Part shown: one piece after another, positions 16,771-26,756 of the stretch
Numbering within the stretch: position 1 is the stretch's first letter
Layout: the number at the start of each line of letters is the position of its first letter
Origin: a virus
Taxonomy: Duplodnaviria > Heunggongvirae > Uroviricota > Caudoviricetes
Direction: 5' to 3' (one strand)
Virus record (IMG/VR): IMGVR_UViG_3300044675_001501
Location: 1 to 64,000 of that record
Length of the DNA: 64,000 nt
The notes under the pieces: generated by a model
Seen by the model: the letters and a program-made list of their open reading frames with translations, nothing else
Told to the model about the DNA's origin: nothing
The model's database searches: none
Translations under genes and position numbers: made by a program

Positions 16771-17204
16771 GCGCCACTAATAAATTTTTTCCATTCGATA
16801 CTATTACGAATCTGCCAATCTCTTTGCTTAATTTGATTCATAATGCTCTCAAGATAACTAATAATACTTTCTAGATACTCTTGTCTAAGTTGGGCTTCTG
16901 ATAATTCAAAGTCACCCTCTAGAAACTCTTCCATCTCATTCTTCAATGGTTTAACACCTTGCCATTGTTCCCAGCCATATTGTTCCAACTCACTCTTACT
17001 TAGTTCACCTCTATAATAGCGAAACTTTAGTTGACGTAGTGTGTTGTAATCTTTCTTCGCTTTAGCAAGTTTTAACTTGTAACCGATAAGAAAATTTAAA
17101 TACTTTGCGTGAAGGTTTGGTGTCCTAACTGACTCTCGATCTAGATGATCGTCATCTATGGCACAGTCAGTTTCCCACGCTTCTTGCAGTTGCTCTAAGT
17201 TCAT
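16767..17204 (-). CDS. uvsY: UvsY-like recombination mediator
   Basis: Size and similarity to T4 UvsY ('MNLEQLQEAW', 'HAKYLNF', 'YYRGELSKSEL'). Perfect sigma-70 promoter upstream. Confidence 0.7.
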   Translation of the reverse strand: MNLEQLQEAWETDCAIDDDHLDRESVRTPNLHAKYLNFLIGYKLKLAKAKKDYNTLRQLKFRYYRGELSKSELEQYGWEQWQGVKPLKNEMEEFLEGDFELSEAQLRQEYLESIISYLESIMNQIKQRDWQIRNSIEWKKFISGA

Positions 17205-17229
17205 AATAACTCCAAAAACAAATAATAAA

Positions 17230-17258
17230 AATTATACTATAATTATTGTAAAATGTCA
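17230..17258 (-). promoter_or_regulatory. perfect sigma-70 consensus promoter TTGACA-17-TATAAT upstream of uvsY-uvsW
   Basis: + strand reads 'attata-ctataattattgtaaaa-tgtcaa' in the 17205..17260 intergenic gap. Confidence 0.55.
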
Positions 17259-17260
17259 AA

Positions 17261-17797
17261 TTACAAGAACTTATAGTAGGAGAATCTAAATGTTGCTCTA
17301 CCGATTAAATACTGAACATCTTGTTGAACTGAAGAAAATTGTAAAGAATCAATATTCGTTGGGAACAAGTCAATAAACTCAACAGTTTGTGATGGTCTGT
17401 TATTGTTAGTGAGGATAGTTAGCGTTGCGTCTGAGTAGTTGCTTGCTAGTTCATTAAGTTGACCACGTTGCTCTTCTGTTAGAAATGATGTATATTGAGT
17501 GTAAGATTCTGGGAATCCTAATGCAACAAGCCAATTATAAACAGACTTGTAGTTAGCCATATCTTCGTCAACCAAGAACTGAATAGTTAATTGATCATAA
17601 GTTAGTGTTTCACCTGGAATCGGAACTCTAGCAAATGGGTTAACGAATTCAGGATCACCTAGAGTTATTCCTGGTAAATTAACTTCTTGACAAAAGAATG
17701 ATAGTGCTGGTAATTTTTGAATAGAAAACTGAAACCCTACTGGCGACAGAGGGTTTATATTATCTGGTGTCGGGCAAGTAAAAATTCTGTTAGACAT
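17261..17797 (-). CDS. 3: gp3-like tail completion / sheath stabiliser protein
   Basis: 178 aa, immediately downstream of gp23 as in cyanophage-type T4-likes. Preceded by an exact TATAAATA late promoter and an AGGTGA RBS. Confidence 0.5.
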   Translation of the reverse strand: MSNRIFTCPTPDNINPLSPVGFQFSIQKLPALSFFCQEVNLPGITLGDPEFVNPFARVPIPGETLTYDQLTIQFLVDEDMANYKSVYNWLVALGFPESYTQYTSFLTEEQRGQLNELASNYSDATLTILTNNNRPSQTVEFIDLFPTNIDSLQFSSVQQDVQYLIGRATFRFSYYKFL

Positions 17798-17823
17798 AAT
17801 TCACCTATTAATTGTAGTATCAC

Positions 17824-17831
17824 TATTTATA
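17824..17831 (-). promoter_or_regulatory. T4-type late promoter TATAAATA upstream of gp3-like gene
   Basis: Exact TATAAATA on the minus strand, 27 nt upstream of the ATG, with an AGGTGA RBS between. Confidence 0.6.
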
Positions 17832-17834
17832 ATG

Positions 17835-17862
17835 AAAAAAAGGAGGGACGAAAGTCCCTCCT
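17835..17862 (-). terminator. rho-independent terminator after gp23
   Basis: 9-bp GC-rich stem AGGAGGGAC/GTCCCTCCT with a GAAA tetraloop, followed by T7 on the minus strand. It directly abuts the TATAAATA promoter of gp3. Confidence 0.7.
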
Positions 17863-17903
17863 TAAAACGCTACTCTTAGGTGGTAGCTTCGTAACCTTAA
17901 AAA

Positions 17904-19211
17904 TTACATTAGGTTAGAAACGAATACCTTACGGAAGTAGTAGTTACTTGCTGACTGTAGGTTTGAACCATTTCCGTCTAGTTGAACGAATGGGTTAGAA
18001 ACCATACCGTAGCGAGTCTTGAAGCCAATCTTAGGCTGGAAGCTCTCTGGATCAACTGCACGAACCAACTGTAGTGGAACGTATGGGCAGTAGAATAGAC
18101 CAGCGTCGAATGCGGAAGCACCCTTATAGCCAACCATGAAGAATTGGTTGTTACCACCGTTACCTGCATATGGATCAACATATACACGGAAACGACCGTT
18201 TAGAACACCTGCGAAGGTAGTTGATGCTTCATCGATTGCTAGACCTTTGTTTGCTTCTAGAGCTGGAGTGTAATCTAGTACACCTGCCATTGCTAGAGCA
18301 GAAGCAACATCAGAAGAACAAACGATAAAGTTACCCTTACCACGACGTGTTTGCTGAGCAATTACGTTAGCATCACGTTCGATTTGGAACATTAGTCCCT
18401 TGAACTTTTCAACGCTCCAACGACCATTAGCGTCAACGTCTAGGTCAAAAGTACCTGCTGATGCTGTACCAGCTTGTGCACCTGGCTTAGCAACTTTGTA
18501 AACAGTACGGATGACTTCACGGTTGATTTCAGCAAGAATCTCAGTTGAGAGAATGTTGCTTAGTTCGCCTTCAGCATCTAGACCATGAACGCTCTTTAGA
18601 TCTTGAGCAAGTTCAATAGTGTATTCTGCTTTTAGAGCACGGCTCTTAGCAGTAACACTGGTCTTTTCGATTGAGAAAGACATCTCGTTGAAAGTACCGT
18701 CACCAGTACCACCAGCGCCTAATGCTTCAGCAGCAGCGGTTGTTAGACCAGTACCGTTGGTAGCATTGTTAGCTGTTGGTTCACCAGTTGAGTGAGTACC
18801 TGTACCAGAGAAATCTGTATCTGCTTCGTTGAAGAGAGCTTCAGTACCATTTTGTGCACTGTAACGGCTCTTCATTGCGAAGATTAGACCTGTTGGTTGT
18901 GTCATTGGCTGAACACCGCAGATGTCATAAGCGATCATCTGTGGCATTGCGCGACGGACTAGGCTGATTAGAACTGGGTCGTAACCTGCCATTTGTGCAT
19001 TAGTACCAGCACCGCCAAGAGCGATACCAGAACCACCTGCGTTAACGTGAGTACCAGTTTCGAAAAGTGCTGACTTTTCTTCTTTAAGAGCCTTTTCTTG
19101 GTTCTCTAGAAGAACTGCAGTAACTTCCTTACGGTAGTTGTCTCTAATTCCTGGCAGAGAGTCATGCTCTAGGATTGGCTGCCATTTCTTTAATAGATCT
19201 TGACGATTCAT
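17904..19211 (-). CDS. 23: major capsid protein gp23
   Basis: Strong similarity to T4 gp23 ('LLKKWQPILE', 'VRRAMPQMIAYDICGVQPM', 'PTGLIFAMKSRY'). Confidence 0.9.
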   Translation of the reverse strand: MNRQDLLKKWQPILEHDSLPGIRDNYRKEVTAVLLENQEKALKEEKSALFETGTHVNAGGSGIALGGAGTNAQMAGYDPVLISLVRRAMPQMIAYDICGVQPMTQPTGLIFAMKSRYSAQNGTEALFNEADTDFSGTGTHSTGEPTANNATNGTGLTTAAAEALGAGGTGDGTFNEMSFSIEKTSVTAKSRALKAEYTIELAQDLKSVHGLDAEGELSNILSTEILAEINREVIRTVYKVAKPGAQAGTASAGTFDLDVDANGRWSVEKFKGLMFQIERDANVIAQQTRRGKGNFIVCSSDVASALAMAGVLDYTPALEANKGLAIDEASTTFAGVLNGRFRVYVDPYAGNGGNNQFFMVGYKGASAFDAGLFYCPYVPLQLVRAVDPESFQPKIGFKTRYGMVSNPFVQLDGNGSNLQSASNYYFRKVFVSNLM

Positions 19212-19234
19212 TTTACTTAACTCCTTGGGTTGAT

Positions 19235-20251
19235 TTACTTCTTAATGGAATTCAAAACTTGCAAGTATGACTTAATAGATGGATCTACGATCTTATCTTC
19301 AGTCAAGGTAACAGCTTCGTCGCTAACGACAGAAGATACTACGCTACTTGTTGTCTTCTTATCACCGAAATAATTTTCGCGAATAGTCTGAAGTTTTGTT
19401 TTAAATGTTTCTTGATTTTCGTAAGATAGTTCTTCAGCTAGACCTTTGAACTTCTCAACTTCTGTGTCGGTTAGACCAGATGTTGCTTCTTCAATAGTCT
19501 TTTGACGAGCCATCTCATCAAGAGTTTTATTCAACGCAACATTCTTTTCAGTAGTTTCGTTTAGTTTATCCTCAAGAGTTGCAATATGCTGTTCCATTTC
19601 TCCTAGAACATCATACTTCTCTTCAGGAACGTCGATGTAGTGCTCTTCAAATAGACCTTTTAGACCACCAACAAAACTTTCAAGAATGTCAGACTTCATA
19701 CCAGATTCAAGGGCAATTTCATTTTGTTCCATCCACTGCTCGACAACGTAGTCGAGATATCCATCAACCTTTTCAACAAGACCCTCTTTTACTTGTTCAA
19801 CTTGTTCTGCAAGTTGAGTTTGGTATTCTTCTTCGATACGTGCTAGTTCTGACTTAACACGTGTCATAACTGCAGCTTCAAAGATTGTTTCTGCTTTCTG
19901 ACGGAATTCTTCTGAGAAGCCTTCTTCGCCATTAAATAAAGCATCTACGTCTTCTTTGACGCTCTTTAGATGAGATCCTTCTGGTGCGGATGCGCCAGCT
20001 GTAACTTTGTTAGCGGTCTTAGAAGTACCACCTTCAGCAGCTTTCTCATCAGTTACTGCGTTTTTCTTATTCTCTGGATTATCTCCAGCGACAGAGGTAA
20101 CGCCATCGGTCTTACCGTTAGCAGCCTCTTCATCTAATTCTTCTTCTACTACTGTAGTTTCGCTGTCTAACTCTTCGGCAACAGTCTCTTCAGCTAATTG
20201 AGCTTTTTTAGATTCTGCCAAGAGTTCAGCAATTTTTTGTTCGATAGACAT
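19235..20251 (-). CDS. 22: prohead core scaffold protein gp22
   Basis: Highly acidic, coiled-coil-rich protein between gp21 and gp23. Confidence 0.7.
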   Translation of the reverse strand: MSIEQKIAELLAESKKAQLAEETVAEELDSETTVVEEELDEEAANGKTDGVTSVAGDNPENKKNAVTDEKAAEGGTSKTANKVTAGASAPEGSHLKSVKEDVDALFNGEEGFSEEFRQKAETIFEAAVMTRVKSELARIEEEYQTQLAEQVEQVKEGLVEKVDGYLDYVVEQWMEQNEIALESGMKSDILESFVGGLKGLFEEHYIDVPEEKYDVLGEMEQHIATLEDKLNETTEKNVALNKTLDEMARQKTIEEATSGLTDTEVEKFKGLAEELSYENQETFKTKLQTIRENYFGDKKTTSSVVSSVVSDEAVTLTEDKIVDPSIKSYLQVLNSIKK

Positions 20252-20286
20252 CTGTAATCTCCTATTGGAATGATTCTCTAATAAAT

Positions 20287-20294
20287 TATTTATA
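20287..20294 (-). promoter_or_regulatory. late promoter TATAAATA upstream of gp22 (and gp23)
   Basis: Exact motif about 36 nt upstream of the gp22 ATG. Confidence 0.55.
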
Positions 20295-20296
20295 AG

Positions 20297-20950
20297 TTAT
20301 TTGATTTTACTTAAAAAGTATTCAAAAGCACGAATCTTCGCTTCCACCAATTGCTTAGAGGATGCTTGTTTAATTGAATGCTTTACAGCATCAATGTGCT
20401 TCTCCACAAAGTTTCCATCAACGTAAATCCATTCTTTACTTTCCATAACTCCACGGACGAAAGCCTCTGGAGCTGAAGGGTCGGCTACGATGTCAGCGGC
20501 AGTAGATAACATAAAGTCATCCTGTACTACTTGGACGCCTTCTTCGTTTTCTTTTAGAGAACCAAGTGCTCTACTAGAAACTCCAAGATTAGCGCCACCG
20601 TCTAACAATCCTTTAGCAATCTGACCCATTGGTGTGTCAAGAATTTTTGCCTTACCAACATAGTTGGTTCCCTCTTTTTTAAGAGAGGTGATTAAATGAG
20701 AAACTCGCTCTAAATTAATGGAAGGGTTTTCAGGATGTCCCAGCTCTCCATATGCACGATTTTTCTCAACGTATTCTTTAATGTAACGATCGACTTCTTT
20801 ATCCATAATGTCTTCTGAATACATACGACCATTACGGTTTACTAATTCTGATTGAAGGAAGATACCTTCAATAAAATATTGTTTACCCTTGCCGAGTTTT
20901 TCCTCAACAATAAGTTTTGGTGTCTCGATAAATTCTCTAATTAGTTTCAT
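20297..20950 (-). CDS. 21: prohead protease gp21
   Basis: Similarity to T4 gp21 ('IEGIFLQSELVNRNGRMY', 'GELGHP', 'GVSSRALGS'). Confidence 0.85.
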   Translation of the reverse strand: MKLIREFIETPKLIVEEKLGKGKQYFIEGIFLQSELVNRNGRMYSEDIMDKEVDRYIKEYVEKNRAYGELGHPENPSINLERVSHLITSLKKEGTNYVGKAKILDTPMGQIAKGLLDGGANLGVSSRALGSLKENEEGVQVVQDDFMLSTAADIVADPSAPEAFVRGVMESKEWIYVDGNFVEKHIDAVKHSIKQASSKQLVEAKIRAFEYFLSKIK

Positions 20951-20951
20951 T

Positions 20952-21359
20952 TTAGCTTCCTACTGCGTTAGGATTATCATAAGAACCAAATCTAACTGGT
21001 TCGAAAGGAGTATTATATCCATCAACTTTCTTTAGATGCATAACAATACTTCCAGGTCCAGTAAAAGTGGCAATAATATCATGCGTTGATTGATCAGTTA
21101 TCGCCCATTCGGCTTCGACGAACTGATTATTTCCATATAGATCAGCAACAGTTACTGAGTTTCTTTGTAGTTTGATGTTATCATTAGTGCTAGTTAATAC
21201 AGCAGTAATGTAAACAGTTTGAGTTGCGCCAATTGTTTCATTGGTCATTTTTAAATCAGTCTGTAAATCAATAGTAGCTGCGTCTGCTGCAGTTGTTGCT
21301 ACGATTCTAACAATAGCATCAGTTGTAGTTAATTTTGTAACCGTTTTTGTAGCTGCCAT
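20952..21359 (-). CDS. hypothetical virion/prohead-associated protein (in gp68 position)
   Basis: 135-aa Thr/Ala-rich ORF between gp20 and gp21. Confidence 0.35.
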   Translation of the reverse strand: MAATKTVTKLTTTDAIVRIVATTAADAATIDLQTDLKMTNETIGATQTVYITAVLTSTNDNIKLQRNSVTVADLYGNNQFVEAEWAITDQSTHDIIATFTGPGSIVMHLKKVDGYNTPFEPVRFGSYDNPNAVGS

Positions 21360-21360
21360 T

Positions 21361-21921
21361 TTATTCCTCTGTTAACAAATCTATCACTTGTAGAAAATTC
21401 TCTTTATTTTCCCTCATATAATCCAACACTTCTTTTTGATCTTTCAATATATTATTTAGATATTCCTGTGTATGCAAATCGATAACTACTTTAGAGCCAT
21501 CAGCTAACACATAATCAATTTTATCTTCAAAAATGCAATCATGTTTGTTTAATTTTCTGATTGCTTGAACTGTTGAATCAACGGTAAAAACCTTAGAAGA
21601 GGCGAGATCAATATAATGTTCTAGTATATTATCTGTAACTTTTATATTGTGCTCTTCTTTTATTATTGACGCGATCTTATTTTCTAACACTTCTTCATAG
21701 ATATCTTTAGACACTTCTTGTTCGATATATTGTAACTTATTTTGTTGTCTAAGGTAAGATCTCGCCTCATCTAAGGTCTTGAACTCAGTTTCAACATTGC
21801 TAATAAAGACTTTACCTTCCTCTGTTAAATACAATGGAATGTTAAATGCAGAGCTCTGTTCTACAATTTTCTTCTGTAGAACAGAACCCTTTACTTTATT
21901 AGCGAATTGCTTAAAATACAT
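21361..21921 (-). CDS. hypothetical protein
   Basis: 186-aa ORF in the head-gene cluster. No motifs. Confidence 0.35.
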   Translation of the reverse strand: MYFKQFANKVKGSVLQKKIVEQSSAFNIPLYLTEEGKVFISNVETEFKTLDEARSYLRQQNKLQYIEQEVSKDIYEEVLENKIASIIKEEHNIKVTDNILEHYIDLASSKVFTVDSTVQAIRKLNKHDCIFEDKIDYVLADGSKVVIDLHTQEYLNNILKDQKEVLDYMRENKENFLQVIDLLTEE

Positions 21922-21927
21922 ATTAGA

Positions 21928-22257
21928 TTATTTGGTTTTAGCTTTTTCAGCTGCTTGTTTTTCAGCACGCTTTTTAGCAGCCAAAGCCTCTAGACCAGGA
22001 TTAGTGAAAGCTCCTTCTTTCATGTCTTCCTTCTCGTCTTCATCTTCATCATCTTCTTTTTCATCTTCTTTCTCATCTTCGTCTTCTTCTTTGTCTTTAG
22101 CCTCAGCTACTTGAGAAGCGAACATATTTTTAGCAACTTCTTGTCTAAATGTATCAAGTTTAGTAGCAACTTTATCTGCCATAATACCCTCAAACGCTGC
22201 TTCAATCTCTAAGGTTTTCCCAGAGTCAATTGCATCAATTAGTTGTCTTGCGTTCAT
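21928..22257 (-). CDS. 67: acidic prohead core protein, gp67-like
   Basis: Poly-acidic stretch 'EDEDEKEDEKEDDEDEDEKED'. Position just after the portal gene. Confidence 0.5.
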   Translation of the reverse strand: MNARQLIDAIDSGKTLEIEAAFEGIMADKVATKLDTFRQEVAKNMFASQVAEAKDKEEDEDEKEDEKEDDEDEDEKEDMKEGAFTNPGLEALAAKKRAEKQAAEKAKTK

Positions 22258-23828
22258 TTCTGATCTCCTGTTTGTTGTTCCTCGTCTGGCATATACGCTT
22301 GTTGAGTTTGCGCAGCCATACCTTGTTGCATACCAGCCATCATACCCATACGTTCAGCATGGTCTAAGTGTTCTTCCTCTTCTTCTTCAATCTGACTTTC
22401 AATTTCTTCAATTTCTTTTTCAGATTGTCTAAGGATATTCTTTCTAACCCATTCTTTAGAATAGTATTTACCAACCATCTGATTTTGTTCTAACATCATT
22501 AGAAGGTTAATTCTATTTGTTAGAATTTCAGAATCTTTTAATTCAGCATAGTAGTTATCTTTATGGTAACTAAACTTGATAAGAGGAAGCATATCTGCCC
22601 ACTCATCATCACGAATAATACCTTTAGCTACTAACTGAATCTTTAATGCGTCAGTAAATAAACTTGTAAATCTCTTACGAATACGTTGGATGAATTTATT
22701 AAATTTAACTTCATCTCTAGTAATCTCGCTGCTCTTGCCAAGATTAAATCCATTATCGGATTGCATTCTAGTAGCAGGAACATTCAATGCTTGATATAGT
22801 TTACGTTGGAAATATTCAATATCTTGAATTTCTCCAAGATTGGTGCCTCCAGGTAGAGTAGTAATTTCAGTACCCTTACCACCTTCACGACGTGGCATCC
22901 AAAAATCTTCAAGCATCGACATATGTTTTCTGTCGTCACGAACTTCGCCAGTACTAGCATCATACTGTATCTTATTGCGAAACTTATTCATAATATCATT
23001 GACGTATTGCTCAGCTCTAATCTTAGGCAAGTTACCTACGTCAATGTAAAAAATTCTACGCTCAGGTGCTCTACTAATACGATAGATAACCAAAGCATCT
23101 TCCATAAACTTCAACTGGTTAGTTGGCTTAATTGCTTTATGCAAATAACTTAAAACCATACCAGTGTTAGAATCTAAGAATCCAGAATGAGCATATATTA
23201 CAGAATCTATAGAGAGTTTAACTCCCTGAACATTATTCTCTGTAATACCTTTATCATTATAGATATAGTATTCCTCAACTTCTTTAACAACCTCAACACC
23301 GTTAGGTTGTCTTTCCTTCTTAATATTCTTGACCTTGCGAATCTTTCTTGGGTCAATATAACGAAGTTCTACGATACCTTCTTTAACTTTATTTGGATCA
23401 ATCAGTATATGATAGAATAATCTTCCATCAACATACCAAGATCTAAAGATATCATGCGATCTAGTTTGAAAATCTAATAGCTGAAGAACAGTAGAGAACT
23501 CTTCTCTAATTTTAGACTTGATACCAGTTGATACTTTTAAGTCATCTAAGACAATATCAACTGGCATCTTGTTTTCATCTGCTACGATCGACTCATTAAC
23601 AATATCTTCAATAGCGCTGTCTACATCTGCATACTGTGCGATTTCACGGTAACGACGGATTAGATCATTTTCATTTTTAATGATCGAATCCATATCAAGC
23701 ACCATGCTATAATAAGCAGCAGCACTTGATATGGTCGTTGCGCCATCGTCTTGAGCTGGAGCAACTACACTAGGTACTTGCTTCTCAATACTCTTGCGCT
23801 TTATCTCAAAGCCAAAAAACTCAGCCAT
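22254..23828 (-). CDS. 20: portal vertex protein gp20
   Basis: 524 aa, the same length class as T4 gp20. Located between tube and prohead genes, with an acidic C-terminus. Confidence 0.85.
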   Translation of the reverse strand: MAEFFGFEIKRKSIEKQVPSVVAPAQDDGATTISSAAAYYSMVLDMDSIIKNENDLIRRYREIAQYADVDSAIEDIVNESIVADENKMPVDIVLDDLKVSTGIKSKIREEFSTVLQLLDFQTRSHDIFRSWYVDGRLFYHILIDPNKVKEGIVELRYIDPRKIRKVKNIKKERQPNGVEVVKEVEEYYIYNDKGITENNVQGVKLSIDSVIYAHSGFLDSNTGMVLSYLHKAIKPTNQLKFMEDALVIYRISRAPERRIFYIDVGNLPKIRAEQYVNDIMNKFRNKIQYDASTGEVRDDRKHMSMLEDFWMPRREGGKGTEITTLPGGTNLGEIQDIEYFQRKLYQALNVPATRMQSDNGFNLGKSSEITRDEVKFNKFIQRIRKRFTSLFTDALKIQLVAKGIIRDDEWADMLPLIKFSYHKDNYYAELKDSEILTNRINLLMMLEQNQMVGKYYSKEWVRKNILRQSEKEIEEIESQIEEEEEEHLDHAERMGMMAGMQQGMAAQTQQAYMPDEEQQTGDQK

Positions 23829-23851
23829 ACTATAAAATCCTCAAGTTATAA

Positions 23852-24445
23852 TTAGATACGAATTGGTAGCGAACCAATAGGTGTGTCAACAGATACATTA
23901 ACTCCAATGCCACTGCTAGTAGCTGTATTAGATGTCCAGTAGTTGTATTGGAACTCTACTGTAAATTCTTCAACAGCGTTAGTTGTGTCGAAGTTCAATT
24001 CAATTGCGCCGATACTAATTGGATACGCATCAACAAACTTGTAAGTTTTAACGATAGCACCGCTACGATCTAACTGATGAACTGTTAGGTCGGTTTGGTA
24101 TTCACGTGGGTTAGTTCTACCGTTTGTTGTTGCTAAGTTTTGTACTCCATTTGACCATACTTCCATCGCATTGCGAATAGTAAATGTAGTGTCATTTAGA
24201 ATAGTTACTGACCATGGGGCGAAGGTACGCTCACCAGCTACGTTAACAACACGACCACGATAGTTTAGTGGGATGTTCTCAACGGTTGATGCTGGCAACT
24301 GAGCACCTTTACACATAAACTGCGCTTGTTGCCCTACTAAAACACCAGCGGTAACGTAAGATGGGAATGATAACTCAACTCTAAATTGGTTAGCACGTGC
24401 ACCACCTCCGATAAGCTGCGCTTTAAAATCTGAAATGTTTGCCAT
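23852..24445 (-). CDS. 19: tail tube protein gp19
   Basis: Similarity to T4 gp19 ('ANQFRVELSFP', 'NVAGERTF', 'WSVTILND'). Confidence 0.85.
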   Translation of the reverse strand: MANISDFKAQLIGGGARANQFRVELSFPSYVTAGVLVGQQAQFMCKGAQLPASTVENIPLNYRGRVVNVAGERTFAPWSVTILNDTTFTIRNAMEVWSNGVQNLATTNGRTNPREYQTDLTVHQLDRSGAIVKTYKFVDAYPISIGAIELNFDTTNAVEEFTVEFQYNYWTSNTATSSGIGVNVSVDTPIGSLPIRI

Positions 24446-24474
24446 TTAAATCTCCTGTTGTGACTTCTTTATAT

Positions 24475-24482
24475 TATTTATC
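24475..24482 (-). promoter_or_regulatory. late promoter-like GATAAATA upstream of gp19
   Basis: NATAAATA form 30 nt upstream of the gp19 start. Confidence 0.4.
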
Positions 24483-26670
24483 CACCAATTTCATCAAAGT
24501 TTACAGCTGAACGAGCAGCTACAAAGGTTAGAGTAATGAAGTTGATAGAACGGTTTGGTTTGATAAAGATTTCAGCAACAAACTCGTTACGGTCAACGAC
24601 CTCAGCTGTATTGTTGGAATCGTCACACTTAACACGGAAATCTATAATACCACGACGACCTTGAACGTCACGTAGGAATGGTTCAACTAGATTACGGAAC
24701 TGAGCACGTGTAAAACTGTCGTTGAATTCAAACAACTGGAACTTCGCTGCAGTTGAAATAGATTTCTCAAGAGTAATGAATAGGCGACGAACGTTGATGC
24801 GATCAAATGCGCTTGGCTTAGATAGCATTGTCTTATCACCGAACAGAACAGTACCTTGTCCTGGGAATGTAACAACTGGATTAATACCTGCTTTGTAAAG
24901 AGTGTCACGCTCAGTCTTGCTTGGTGTAACAGCCAATTTAATAACATTCTTAACCTGACCACGAGTAAATCCACCTGGAGAGAACCATGGGTCAGCAGTA
25001 AAGTCAGTTCTTGCGCAAATACCAGCGATGTCACCGTTTAGTGGAACATAACGATACTTGTCGTTATAACGGTCATACTGATACTTGTAACCAGAATCAC
25101 AAACTGCGTAGCTGCTACTTGGTAGAGCATTGCGATATGCGATTAATTCATCAACATAATCTGCAGTTTGTTGTGTGATTGGATCGCCGTTACCCATTTG
25201 TGGAGAAACGAATACGATACAATCTTTTCTAAATTCTGCAACGTTGTTGATAACCCAAGTTGCAACAGCAGTAGAAGCTGCGCCTACTGGAATTAATGAG
25301 ATGTCATATAGTTCATCATTTTTAAAGATCTCATATCCAGCTTGTAGAGCTGCGTCAGATACGCTAAAGTCATCAACACCACCAGATAGTGTAGAAGTTT
25401 GAGCTGCTGTTAGTGCCTTAAATGCAGAACTTGTCATGTTTTCGATACGAACACCCCAAGCATTTCCTGTGTTAGCGATAGCAGTTGGGTGATCCATCCA
25501 CCACACATACTTAGATGATTGATTCATAACATCTCTGTAGTATGCGTTAGAACCATCAACACGCTTTGCGCCATCAGCTTTAGAAACGTAAGAATACTTT
25601 TCTAGAGTAGAACCAGCAACACCAGTCCATAGACCTAGAGAGTCGATAACGATAATATGAACTTCGTCTAATGCTGCGTTCTTGCCGTTATTAGTAGCCC
25701 ATGGCGATGTTCCTGGAGCAGTATCAAATTCTGCTTTATATGTCCAAGTATCGAATGTTGCGCTGTCGGCGATAGAAACTGTAATTGAGTTTCCTAGAGC
25801 ACCTGGGAATTTCGCAGCCCAGCTACCAACTAGACCTTGACCAGTTGAGTATGCTGCTAGATATTCTTCAGTGTTTTTAATTTTAACACCAGCTGTTGTA
25901 ACTGTTGCTGTTGCTGTTGCGCCAGTACCGTTACCACCAGTTACGTTTACTGTTGGTGCAGTGCTATAACCAGTACCTGCTGTTCCAACAGAGATAGAAG
26001 CAACTGCGAAACCAAGAGTTGCTGTTGCTGTTGCGATAGAAGTGATAGTGTCGCCAGCATCTGGAGTAATAACTACTGTTGGTGCGCTGGTATAACCAGA
26101 ACCACCTGCTGTTACGTTAATTGCAGTAACTGCGCCACCAGAAACAGTTGCTGTTGCAGTAGCACCTGTACCACCACCGCCAGTAAAGGTAATAGTAGGA
26201 GCAGTAGTATATCCTGCGCCACCACCTGATACTGCTATTGTCTTAACAGCACCTGCTGTTGCTAGAGTAGCAGTAGCAACTGCTTGAACGCCACCAGAAA
26301 TATCTGGTGCTGCGATAGCAACCACTGGTGCGCTAGTATAACCTGTTCCACCTGCACTAAGCGCTACTCCAACAGAACCAGTCTTAACAGCAACTGCGTT
26401 TCTTAGGTTTGGCGAATCAATACGGACGGTCAAAAGGTTGTTTGCGTATGATAAAAAGTTGGCAGCTACTAAAAATGACTGCCAGTTTGCATCTGTTGGT
26501 TTTCCAAAACGATCTGCTAGACTGTTTTCTGAGGAAACTTGAACTGGGTCAAGAACTGGACCCCACTGGAATGATCCAGCAAACGCTCCTGCAGAAGTAG
26601 AAACCGCTGGAACAATTGAAGAGAAATCTTTCTCTACAACTGAAACTCCTGGACTAAGTTGGAAAGGCAT
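24478..26670 (-). CDS. 18: tail sheath protein gp18 with inserted ~37-aa repeat module
   Basis: Located between gp19 and gp17. Conserved sheath N- and C-terminal regions. Residues ~95-250 carry 'GG.GYT.APT..F.GG.G.GA.ATA' repeats of the same type as in the 56084..59635 product. Confidence 0.8.
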   Translation of the reverse strand: MPFQLSPGVSVVEKDFSSIVPAVSTSAGAFAGSFQWGPVLDPVQVSSENSLADRFGKPTDANWQSFLVAANFLSYANNLLTVRIDSPNLRNAVAVKTGSVGVALSAGGTGYTSAPVVAIAAPDISGGVQAVATATLATAGAVKTIAVSGGGAGYTTAPTITFTGGGGTGATATATVSGGAVTAINVTAGGSGYTSAPTVVITPDAGDTITSIATATATLGFAVASISVGTAGTGYSTAPTVNVTGGNGTGATATATVTTAGVKIKNTEEYLAAYSTGQGLVGSWAAKFPGALGNSITVSIADSATFDTWTYKAEFDTAPGTSPWATNNGKNAALDEVHIIVIDSLGLWTGVAGSTLEKYSYVSKADGAKRVDGSNAYYRDVMNQSSKYVWWMDHPTAIANTGNAWGVRIENMTSSAFKALTAAQTSTLSGGVDDFSVSDAALQAGYEIFKNDELYDISLIPVGAASTAVATWVINNVAEFRKDCIVFVSPQMGNGDPITQQTADYVDELIAYRNALPSSSYAVCDSGYKYQYDRYNDKYRYVPLNGDIAGICARTDFTADPWFSPGGFTRGQVKNVIKLAVTPSKTERDTLYKAGINPVVTFPGQGTVLFGDKTMLSKPSAFDRINVRRLFITLEKSISTAAKFQLFEFNDSFTRAQFRNLVEPFLRDVQGRRGIIDFRVKCDDSNNTAEVVDRNEFVAEIFIKPNRSINFITLTFVAARSAVNFDEIGG
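25920..26385 (-). repeat. repeat module inside the tail sheath gene homologous to the 56.6-58.9 kb repeats
   Basis: Encodes '[10 protein letters not shown]...[28 protein letters not shown]...[28 protein letters not shown]', which matches 'VVITADPGDTITNPATASAVIGYAVASI' in the 1183-aa protein. Confidence 0.6.
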
Positions 26671-26736
26671 TGTAATTCTCCTTATTACATTTTACATGTT
26701 ATTCTTTTGCTTTGAAGAGCACAAACTTCATAAGAT

Positions 26737-26744
26737 TATTTATT
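26737..26744 (-). promoter_or_regulatory. late promoter-like AATAAATA upstream of gp18
   Basis: NATAAATA form in the gp17-gp18 intergenic region. Confidence 0.35.
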
Positions 26745-26756
26745 AAAATCGGTATT

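Noticed and set aside
14813-17797. Hand-indexed positions in this interval were sometimes 1 nt lower than the ORF-track coordinates.
   Set aside because: This is likely an indexing artefact of reading the formatted sequence, not biology. Motif coordinates are given as approximate.
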